Positions 11,164 through 21,684 of a stretch of DNA of 64,000 nt are shown one piece after another. The notes beneath the pieces were generated by a model that ran no database searches, was not told the origin of the DNA, and saw nothing but the letters and a program-made list of their open reading frames with translations. Origin of the DNA: Podarcis pityusensis. Lineage: Eukaryota. Location of the stretch: NCBI GenBank assembly GCA_964106645.2, contig OZ067046.1; one strand, written 5' to 3'. Each line of letters begins with the position of its first letter. Within the stretch, counting starts at the first letter, position 1. A program made the translations under genes and the position numbers.

Positions 11164-14100
11164 TACAGCTGATCTTATATGCTGGCATAAGAGCTGCTGA
11201 GATAATAAATCTGTGGTGCTTTGAAGACTTAGGGAAAGGATTATAAGCCACCCTGAGAGCTCAGTTTGAGTCCCTTAGATGGGGTACATTTTTAACATAA
11301 CTAGATATGTAACAACACAGAAGTCTTAATGGGTAAGCTGAATTCTTCCTATTTAACCTCAAAACCTAGGAAGCACTTGCTCTCCTTTAAAACATGCAAA
11401 CACTTCAGCATTCCATGACAATCATAATTCCAGCTCAGCTATCAAATTGTGCTGGAATATATGATTGGCATTTGCTGACCTCCTAACTCATAACTGCTGC
11501 AAGAGTTTCTCTCGTTTTCATTCCGCAGCACTTGCCAAATGATGTTGTTTCCCAGTTCTAAATTATTACAGTTTTAATAAGGCCAGTGATTTAGTGTCTG
11601 CATTTTGATATTCGCTTAGCTACAATTTCTGTATTCCATCATCTGTACAACAGTCAAGTTGTGTGTCGGGGCAAAGATGGATGTGGGAAGCATCAAGGCA
11701 TCCCCTCTAAAATTATCCACAAGAGGGCTCATTGTGAGCCGTGTATTACTAGCAGTCTGGTAGCAAACATCAAACAAATGAGGAAATGGAGGGAGAGCCC
11801 ATAAAACATCCCCATTTGGTTGAATGGCTTTTTAGAAAATTGAAAACTGAAACTGCCATCACCAGAGCTGACAACTTTCCTATCTGCTGCTTACAATCTA
11901 AGGGTTCTTCATATTACCTGCTTATTGAACATTCATCCTGATTTGCTTCCAGAAAGCCTACGCAGTAGTTACTGGTAGATTATGTCCAATCTTTACTGAG
12001 CTTTCATTCCTATTTGTTTACAGGGAAGGTTATATGACAATGAACATTCATCCTGATACACCTGTTCATCATTCGTTCATCCCATACTTTGCAGTGCTTT
12101 CTCCCCTTCACTTTTCTAACTGCAAAAAGTTTTCTTTTGTTTTGTTTGTTTTTAAAGTAGATGTGTTGTGTTAGGGCGGTAGAGCACTTTAATCCACTTT
12201 CATTGGGCAAACCTAAATGACCAGTATGCACTTGAATAGCTCCTGCAAGCTTTTGATGGTCTGGAAGCACCCTAAGCCAATGGGTGTATCATCCTGTTCC
12301 CTGGAAATGAGAGCTGGTCACAGTTCCATAGGCAAGTCTCTAATTGTTTGTACTTTTCCTGTGAATTGCTTTGAGACCATGTATGTACAGTATATGCAAA
12401 AGAAGTGACACACACATAAAGTCATTATGACTTTATAATATGCCCTGAGCAAAATTGCCACCATGTAGAGCTCTGTTAGCCTACTCTGTAGCCACTTTTC
12501 AAAGTAACACAGGAAGTGACCTAACCCTACCACCCCCATCTCTCAATCGTATCTAATCCCTTTCCTTTCAGTCTAACTAAAATGGAAGAGCAGATACAAG
12601 CCACAGCAGAGATCATGGTGCATCTGGGAGCTGAGTCGCTGTACGATTAGTTACCATTTAATTTCTCTCTCACTCCCACTCCTTTTATGGGCAAGTGAGG
12701 CACAAACACTTAAGTGATTTTCCTTAATGTACAATTCATGCCATATCTTCTTCTGTGACAATGGCAAACAGCACTAAGCAGCACTGATTCCTCACTTCAT
12801 TCTTTTATTTCCTTTGCACAGAGTGGAGGGGTTGGTTCTGGAGTTGTGTCATTTTCTAGGCCAGTCCCAAAGCAAACACACCATCATTTATTAATATATA
12901 GGCCATCACTGGGAAACATGAACAATGACTTATTGTGTAAGAGACTGTTGATGCATCAAGTTCAAGCCCCCAGAATTCCTCCTCCTGGGCCCACAATTGA
13001 CCCATAGGATCCCTTCAATTCCATTGAGAGCCCTTTGTTTTGTATTTCTATTAATAATTATGTTGGGCGTACATATTTGCATGCCTGTATACCCAGAATG
13101 CACTGTGCTTTTTTTTTTGTTTTTTTTACAGATACTCCAAGGCAAAGCTGTTGCAAATTCTAGACTCAGAGTTGAGAGGACTCCAGTTTCCCTCCTCCAA
13201 AAATATATTTGGGCAACGGGGTAATGAAGACCACTTCTCCCCCGTCATTCATTTTATATATCCCAGACTTACCTCTTTAGAGTGTGCAGAGTGATTAATG
13301 TAAGTGTGAAATCCTTTTTAATATCCTTTCTTGAAAACCTTTGGAGGTGTAGGGTTTCAGCGCAGCACTCTTCTCTGTAATTCAAACTGAGTACTAACTT
13401 GTTATAGCAAGTGTGCAATAAATAATGGATTTTACTTGGAGTGAAATCCTGTGCGTGATGGACTTGTTGTATTACAAAAAAGCTTTATAGGAAGGACTTG
13501 TATTTATTTCATTGCTGAAAAGCTTTGCAAATGCATATTTTGGCTTTTTACCTGGAATCTTGGATAGCACCCCCTCTAATAAAAAATAATAATACTTTTC
13601 TTCGGCTACTGACAGTGGAATTAGAATTCCACTTAGCAGCAGTGTTGTGATTTTGGACACACATGAAAAAAGGGAAGGATGCAGGACTACCAATGTCCAG
13701 AACCAGATGGTTATCTCTGCAGCCAAGGTCCTTTGCTGTCTCTGGATACTTTTTTTGTACTGTACTTCAGCAAACACTTGACCTGGCTTTTGTGTAGATT
13801 CACAAGCTGTCCCTCCAAACAGCAGGAGATTTATTATGTCTTTAACTTTTAATTTCCTTGCTTGGATTGTGGAAATGATGTGATGTGTGAGTCCGATGGT
13901 ACTCCTTAAACAAATGCTGCCAGTATTTTAAACAGAACAAATAAGTTTGTTTCGGAATAAACAGGGTGTTGGGGGAATTAACTTTTCTTAAAACAGCTTT
14001 CAGGATTTACTGCATGTTGAGCCATCATTCTCTTGGCAAATTTTACTATGGAAGGAGAACAAATTTAAAAAACACACTTTTGTGTGGGTGTACAAGTCAA

Positions 14101-14320
14101 CACACACCACTGAACAACTTTCATCTTAAAAGTGTTTGGAAATATCTGGAGACTAGGACTTTCGAACCCTTACATGCCTATTCTCAAGATGCTATTAGTT
14201 GTCAGACTCTTCGCTGGAAGGTCTTGTGCTGATGTTATTTTGCTGAGCGAGGGAGTGGGATATTTAACCTTACAATTCATTCAGGATAGAAGAAGGAACC
14301 ATGCCAAAATGAAGGGCAAT

Positions 14321-14768
14321 TGTCAGACGGCAGTGGTGGTTGTTCTTGAGTAATCAGTCGGGACTCAGACCTGTCTTTTACAGGGTTTATTTTGGTGCAA
14401 AACTATTTACAGTGCAGAGCCACAAGTTCATGTCTGCCTCAATCGCTAGCAGAATCCAGGAGTAGTTGTTTCCGGGACCTCCCTCAACATAAGAGCTTCA
14501 TCACCCCCAGCCTTTTCCTTCTTTCTTTGTGTTTTACACCTCTGCGCAGGGTGCACGACGGAAGGGGTGTGCTTCCCTCCTGGCTGGCTTGGCCAGGAGT
14601 GGTGCTGAGGCTCCCAGCAGCATCCTCTGGTCCTTTCCCCTCTTCCCCACTGGAGTGTGGCTTTCCTCGCCATAGGAAGAGGAACTGCTTCGTAAGAGTT
14701 TCAGAGGTTCCCTGTAACCCAACTGCCCCTCTGATTCCCTACCCTGTTCTGATAGCAGTACCCTGACA
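14321..14768 (-). mobile_element. Solo LTR-like element, family B (448 bp)
   Basis: TGTCAG...CTGACA inverted ends. Exact 5-bp TSD GCAAT (14316-14320, 14769-14773). Minus-strand AATAAA at ~14386-14391, about 65 bp before the end. Confidence 0.88.
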
Positions 14769-14906
14769 GCAATGAAGGAAAGTTGCTGAGAATCCAGAAA
14801 GTAGATTTCTGACTAGCCATAACTGGTGTGCCCCATCCTGCTTCAGAATAAGTTGCATGAGGAGGGGAACAGTCCTTACAAAATGTTGCCGTCAGACATT
14901 GCAAAC

Positions 14907-15147
14907 TAGGGTCGCCATATTTCAAACAGTGAAAATCTGGACAGAAAAGTTGTTGATTTGCAAAATAGCAAAAAAAAATATTTTTTTTGCTGTTTTTGAG
15001 CTATTTTTATGGAAAATTGGCACTGCTGACATGGGGTGCCGTTCGTACGGATTTTCCTGGACATTTTTACTGATTTCTGCCTGGAACCTGCTAGAGACGG
15101 CAGTGTTCCAGATATGTCTGGGAAATTCCGGGTATATGGCAACCCTG
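14907..15147. mobile_element. hAT-like MITE
   Basis: TIR TAGGGTCGCCATAT / ATATGGCAACCCTG. TSD not preserved. Confidence 0.7.
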
Positions 15148-15224
15148 TAAGAAGCAACGAGGACCAGAATCTTCTAGGTGTTCATATCAGCAAGGAAATC
15201 TGACTTAATAAGCTTTTGTATACC

Positions 15225-15357
15225 AGGGATAGCTCGGTTGGTAGAGCATGAGACTCTTAATTTCAGAGTCATGGGTTCAAGCCCTACATTGGGCAAAAGA
15301 TTCCTACATTGCAGGGGATGGACTAGATAACCCTTGTGGTCCCAACTCTATGAATCT
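15225..15357 (+). mobile_element. tRNA-Lys(CTT)-derived SINE with CR1-type tail
   Basis: Head tagctcggttggtagagcatgagactcttaatttcagagtcatgggttcaagccctacattgggc matches tRNA-Lys(CTT). CR1-like tail ...gtggtcccaactctatgaatct follows. Confidence 0.85.
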
Positions 15358-17969
15358 GTAGGTCAGGACCTGATTCACACTGGCCTATAGCTGTGGTTGC
15401 CCCTATGTGATGAAATGCTCTTCCCTCTGTGGCAGCCACCAGTTGCTTCAGATATCATGTAAAACCTTCTCCTTTTGCCCAGGCTTTTCCTCATTCGTAA
15501 GACTGGACCTTCTTTGATGTGCTTGACTCCCTCGAACTTATTGTTTTATTTGCTTTCACATGCTTTGGCGTGCTTTTAGACTACTGTTCTAGGCTGTATT
15601 TTTTGCTTAAATAATATTGTTTGTTTTTAATATTGTATCACTGCTTAGACTTTTCTTTCTTTTCTAACGTTAATCAGAATGTAAGTGCTCTTAAATAAAC
15701 AAAATAATGAACAAGGGATGTCCTTGGTGGTGAGGCCATTTATCTTGAAGTTCCCTCTGGCTATCAGCGGCCTGAGTCCCTCCCTGCAGCCTCTCTCAAG
15801 TTACCATTTCAGTCTTGCCCACCGCATTGAAATAAATGTCACAAGCACACAAAATTCACTTGCACGTACTGATGTTTCTTGCTACTGTTTGATGATTTGC
15901 GGTGCTCATGCTCGGTGGTGTCTTCTCTTTGATGCCAAATAACACAAATGGTTGGTTAATCTCCGGTTCCTTTAAAAAAAGAGAGAAGTTCATCTAATGT
16001 TTTGTCTGACAGTCCTCTCAGAATTAATGGGGGGCCGCCAATGGCATTCCACAGCTGTTGTCCCTGTTTACAAACTGTAACACATGAGGACGTTCCCATT
16101 GTGGGGCATATGGAGCATGTACTGTATGTTACGTTTAGCATTCTGCGATGTCTTGTTAAATCTCAATTTTACGGCCTTACCCTGTAAGGCTTTTCTGAAT
16201 GAGAGACAGACAAGAGAGACAGGTGTGTCACAGATTCAGCTTGGTGACAAGTTTTCAAATTCAGACGCATTCTTTGAGCCACAAAGTAAAGGAGCAGCTG
16301 GTGGCTCAAGGGCCTATCTGATTCTGTTGGAATTTTTGTGGCAGAAAGAATGAGCTGTTTTGTACTGCCTGAGAGCAACACCAGGCACATTTCTGTGGAG
16401 ATACGATTTGTGTTTGATCTTGTCAGGTGGACTTTAGCCTTCACTAGTGGTCTGGCCATTATCTGTTCAGCTCTAAACAGTGTCTTGTGCTGGGGTTTGA
16501 ATATTCTCAGCTTCTATTAAGATCAAAACTGTCTGAAAGTGCTGAGTGCGTCTGAATATACAGGCCTCATTATTTATCAAAATGTGACACGAAGGAAGAG
16601 AAGACTGTATGGGTACTGCGATTACATATACAAGATCATTTATGACAGTAATTTTAACACCATTGCTTTCTTACTAGAAGGAATACTGTCGGTCCAGAGT
16701 TGGGATGCAGCTGAGGAAAAGGCAGAAAAGCATAAAAAAGCCAAATGGTGCTGTTAAAGGCAGATCAGTAGTTGGGTTCTGGAACACAGAGACAAGGATG
16801 CAAAGGACCAGAAGTAATAATGGTGGAGGAATTGAGGTTGTATTCGGCCTCAGAGTAGACCCACTGAAATTAATGAATCTAAATTAGCCATGTCCATTAC
16901 CATCAATTGGTAATAGGACTAGCACTGAATACCACTCTGTTTTTTTGCAGATATCAATGCAAACTGTCCTGATCCACACATCCTGGTCTCCCTCAACAAG
17001 AGCATGATGTACCCCCCACCAGAGGTAGTACTACCCTTCCCCTAACACTGTTGAAAGCAGAATAATGTATACTCACCCAATACCACCATGAACACACAAT
17101 AAAATCTGGAGGGGCCCATGTGTGTTCATCTGATCAAAAGAAAACATAATTTTTCCGAGCAGTTCTGGTCATGTTTATTTAAATCTAATAAGATGCTTTG
17201 AGAATATAGCATTATCAGTGCTCAGCTATTTCAGTAAGTAACACAAGAGCAAAATAGGAAAATGCAAACATTTTGTGCTTAAGAGTTGTATGATAAACCA
17301 GATTACCTCATCATATTCTTCCTCTGCTTTGCTTTGCCAAGCTTTCTGATGTCGGGTTCCCATGTATACACATGTAGCACTACAACTTTTCAAAGGCCCC
17401 TTGAGTAATTATCCTAAGATATTTTCAGAGGTAGGCCAAGAGGTTCCATGTGAAATTTCCTGGAGATGTTAAATGGCCATAAAGTAAAATTGAACATAGG
17501 TTTGAGGAATGTGCATTGCAATTCAATATGGCAAGCAAAGATCTATATAACAGAGGCAACATTTTAAATAATGGTCTCTTTGCATGGGGAAATAAGAGAT
17601 CTGGGTATCCCTGCCACCCGATCATTATAAACATCAAATGATGTTCATGTAGTCAAGGTGCTTCGAATTATATAATTTGTAATTATGAAGTAACATTGGG
17701 GAAGCATCACAGAAGCATTGATTATTCACATGTTTGAGCCGAAGATGATATCTTTCAGAGCATAGATTCCATCCAGTGGTGAAGAAAAAAACACACTGAT
17801 CTGTTTGTTGTTTAGCTTGGAAGAAGTCAGAAATTCATCATTCATTCATGCCAGGAAATTGGCTCAAAACATTTTTTAAAACAGAAAATGACATTCAGGG
17901 TGTATGTATACCTCTCTGAGAAGGGCATGTAAGGAATTCCCTTGACAATTTATTCCTCATTCACTGGGC

Positions 17970-18107
17970 CAGGGATAGGGACTATGTGGCCCTTCAGATG
18001 TTGTTAGACTTCAGCTCCCATCATCCTTGACCTTTGGCCATGCTGGCTGGAACTTGTGGGAGCTGGCATCTAAGAACATCTGGAGGACCACAAGTTCCCC
18101 ATCTCTA
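17970..18107. mobile_element. hAT-type MITE (degraded)
   Basis: Imperfect fold-back cagggatagggac...cagatgtt / aacatctgga...gttccccatctct; related to 18941. Confidence 0.65.
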
Positions 18108-18313
18108 CATTAGGCTGCCTCATTTGTTGCAACTCCAGATGTTTGAGTTTTGTCCTACTGTCACTTGGACCTGGCCTACGATGATCTCTTTTGTAAAGTG
18201 AAGCAGCTGAGTAAAGTTCACAGACACTCTGTCTGCAATCCTATACACACTTACTTGGGAGTGAGCCCTACTGAATCCAGGCGTGAGCTACACATACAGC
18301 AGAAAAAGGTGGC

Positions 18314-18811
18314 TGTCCTGAACCCCTGGCCTACCTGGCAGCAAGTCAGTATGTCATGCTCGAAGTCCAGGGGTTAAGCCACACAAGCAAAGTTCAAATC
18401 CAAAGTCCAAAGGTCAGGAAACACAGCATCTGTGCTAGAGGAGACATGTGACCCTCACCTGTCCTGAGCCTAATCCATCTGAGGAATCACACCCCTCCTC
18501 CCAGAGCTAGCAAGCCCCATCTGGCTAGCTTGTGGACCCTTGCCTGCCTCAGCCTCCTGGAGCATCCCTCCTGGTGCTCCCTACACCTCAGTGCCTGCCA
18601 TGTTCATGGAGACAGGGGCCCCTCTGGCTCTGGTGATGGGTCCTGCTGCTCTGGTTCCTGTGCACTGACCTCCATCCCCTTGTCATCCTCCATCACCATG
18701 TGAGTACTTCCTCCCCCATCCCCAGCTTGCCCCAGTGTGTCCCAGTCCTGGCTACACCACTTGCTGGGATCCTCTTCCTCCTCTTCCCTGTCGTGCTGCC
18801 ACTTTATGACA
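18314..18811 (-). mobile_element. Solo LTR-like element, family C (498 bp), with a decayed ~106-codon frame
   Basis: TGTC...GACA ends. Exact 5-bp TSD GTGGC (18309-18313, 18812-18816). Minus frame 18807-18487 has a single internal TGA. Confidence 0.8.
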
Positions 18812-18940
18812 GTGGCAGAATGGGCTGTGCCACATCAGTTTCAGGATGAAGGAAGAGAAAGGAAGTAGGACAATTCCATTGGCTCTGCCTTTAGACCTCC
18901 CTCAGCTGCCATTCCATCAGGCTACCTGAACTGCTTACAT

Positions 18941-19076
18941 CAGGGATGGCCAAACTCGGCCCTCCACCTGTTTTGGGACTACAATTCCCATCATCCCTGA
19001 CCACTGGTCCTGTTAGCTAGAGATGATGGAAGTTGTAGTCCTAAAACAGCTGGAGGGCCAAGTTTGGCTTTCACTG
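18941..19076. mobile_element. hAT MITE, 136 bp fold-back
   Basis: CAG...CTG ends, near-palindromic body, exact 8-bp TSD GCTTACAT (18933-18940, 19077-19084). Confidence 0.92.
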
Positions 19077-20988
19077 GCTTACATCATAGCTGATCATTAT
19101 TAAAAACTTTCAAGCTTTAAGAACTAGTGCTTGAGTTTGCTTTTTTCCACCTCCCTTCCCCTTCCCCTTTCCCTTTTGTGTCATATCCTTTAGACTGTAA
19201 ATTTGAGGGTTTATCTTTTTTTTTTTACTGAGTGTATTCTGCTATGGGAGTCTACTTGACTGAATAATGGGGCCTTGTACTTGACTAAATAAATAAGAGC
19301 ATCTTATTATATGAAAACTATCATCTCAGAATCAGCCCTAAGCAACTCCTATAACAGTTCAGGATGGTGGGTTTTTCTGAAAACCTACTTTATTTAATGT
19401 GATATTTTTAGCATTAAGAAACGAACAATTGCATGCACAAGATGGGGTCTTTTTTTAAAACATGGAAATGAAACAGAGAGAAGGATGAATAAGGTTTTGG
19501 TTACAAACCCAAGAGAAAGGACAGGGTCCAAGAGGAAAAATTCCTGCATTGAATTAACACATTTTACAATCACGTTGCCGTCCTTCTCTGCAAGACAAAT
19601 AAGGAGACTGAAAGAGACACTTGGAATGTAAACCATAACTGCATAATTTTCCTTGTCAGCTGATGCACACTGAAATTCTTACAATAACATAATAATACAA
19701 AATTAGGGACAGGTTTTTTTTCCTGTTTTATGAGTGTTTCCCTTTCTGCATATTAAAAAGCCATTGTTTCTTTATTTATCCCTCTCTGTGGTAGGGTTTT
19801 CTCCAAAGAAATCTATGTGCCATAATACAACCTTATCCTTCCTTCTTATTTTAGTTGTTTGTAAAGGTTTGGAACTGGAGCCTTTTCTTCTTGTTTTATT
19901 AGCAGTGGATGCCTTTCCCACTTCCAAACACTAACAGTATATTTTGGCCACGTGAGATGAAATATTCTGGTTCTTACGGAGCTGTTCATATGTGTGGCTG
20001 TCTTCCCTAAAGCTCCCCTTTTCCTCCCTTCCTAAGAGCAGCAGCTGTGACCCATGCAGTCGCCCAGTGGATGAAAGGACAATAAAACTCTGAAGTGACA
20101 TAGTTGCTTGGTAACCACCTGCCAGGAAGCACAAGAATGGAACATATACAGTGCCCTGGAGACTGAGGGCATCACGTAGACAAATGGGTGCCATGCAGTT
20201 GGCCTGAGGATCAGGAGTGTTGAGCATGAATATATCCTACAAGGCAGTCTCACGCTATACGCACTGAACATAGCAGCACCTCAACTGCATCATATTATAG
20301 CCACAGCAAGGATTATTTCTTAACTATGACAACAGTCTTGGACAACTTTACCATATAAGTGCACAGAAAAATATCTAGAATTGGAAAAGAGATGACAGAA
20401 TGGAAAAGCACATGTAATTTAGCCAAGCATTTCTATTTAAATACAATTAAAATAGTTAATCTTGTTTAAATTTTGAGACATTTGCATTCTTTGCTGTGGG
20501 TCAAGGCTATGGACTTTGGACGCGCATCAGAATCCCAGATTAGGTTAGCCACGGTTTGTGCTCAGAGTAAAAACAAAATAGCAGGCCTGGCTGCATTTGA
20601 AGTAAGCAGAGCTACAATTCTGGGAGCTGCTTTCCCAGATGTTGAGTCACAAATGCCAGCCATCTTGAAGTAGATGATCTTGCGTAACTTAAGGCTTTCC
20701 CCATGAGATTATGTCCGCGTTGGCCTGTGACTTTAAAAGAGATCACTTTCATCTGGATTTTGTCGGCCTCTTCCAACTTTGGAGCAAACCTGGAATCAGG
20801 ACAGGACTGAAAGACTGATCTCTGATATAATTTTCTTTTACACAGTTACCCAATGGAAAGCATTTGCATGTTTAATAGCCTATGCGGAACTGATATGTAT
20901 GGCCCCATTACTACATGTTGAAATTAGAGTGTCATGCATTTACAGAAGACTGTCCTCTACCTGAATGGCTGTTTGAAGGAGTCCTTTA

Positions 20989-21230
20989 CAGTGGTACCTC
21001 GGGTTACAGATGCTTCAGGTTACAGAGTCTTCAGGTTACAGATTTTGCTAACCCAGAAATAGTACCTCGGGTTAAGAACTTTGCTTCAGGATGAGAACAG
21101 AAATCGCACAGTGGCGACGCAGCGGCAGCGGGAGGCCCCATTAGCTAAAGTGGTGCTTCAGGTTAAGAACAGTTTCAGGTTAAGTACGGACCTCCAGAAC
21201 GAATTAAGTTCTTAACCCGAGGTACCACGG
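20989..21230. mobile_element. Tc1/mariner (pogo/Tigger-like) MITE, inverted copy of 7566-7807
   Basis: TIR CAGTGGTACCTCGGGTTA...TAACCCGAGGTACCACGG, TA TSD, same 242-bp length. Confidence 0.92.
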
Positions 21231-21440
21231 TATATGACAGACTGCCCAGTCCAAGTCCATTTTGAAAGTAAACCTTAGGACATCTAGCTATATGACTGTG
21301 GATTGAACTGGTTTGCATGCATGCTATGCTGAGGGAAGAATGGGTGGACTTCATACATCTGACTGAAGTCATTTTAAAATCTGTACTTCTAATCAAGTGT
21401 GGAAACCTGATCTGCCTCCATGAGTTGTATCTGCACACGA

Positions 21441-21684
21441 GAGCCAGTGTGGTGTGGTGGTTAAGAGTGGTAGTCTCGTAATCTGGAGAACCGGGTTTGC
21501 GTCTCTGCTCCTCCACATGCAGCTGCTGGGTGACCTTGGGCCAGTCACACTTCTCTGAAGTCTCTCAGCCCCACTCACCTCACAGAGTGTTTGTTGTGGG
21601 GGAGGAAGTGAAAGGAGAATGTTAGCCGCTTTGAGACTCCTGAAGGGAAGTGAAAGGCGGGATATCAAATCCAAACTCTTCTTC
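21441..21684 (+). mobile_element. tRNA-derived SINE (Squam3-like)
   Basis: A/B-box head gagccagtgtggtgtggtggttaagag...gggtttgcgtc, CORE-like gctgggtgaccttgggccagtca, (CTT)n tail. Confidence 0.8.

Noticed and set aside
15225-15295. Functional tRNA-Lys gene
   Set aside because: The acceptor stem is disrupted, there are many CpG-type mutations, and it is fused to a CR1-like tail, so it is a SINE head.
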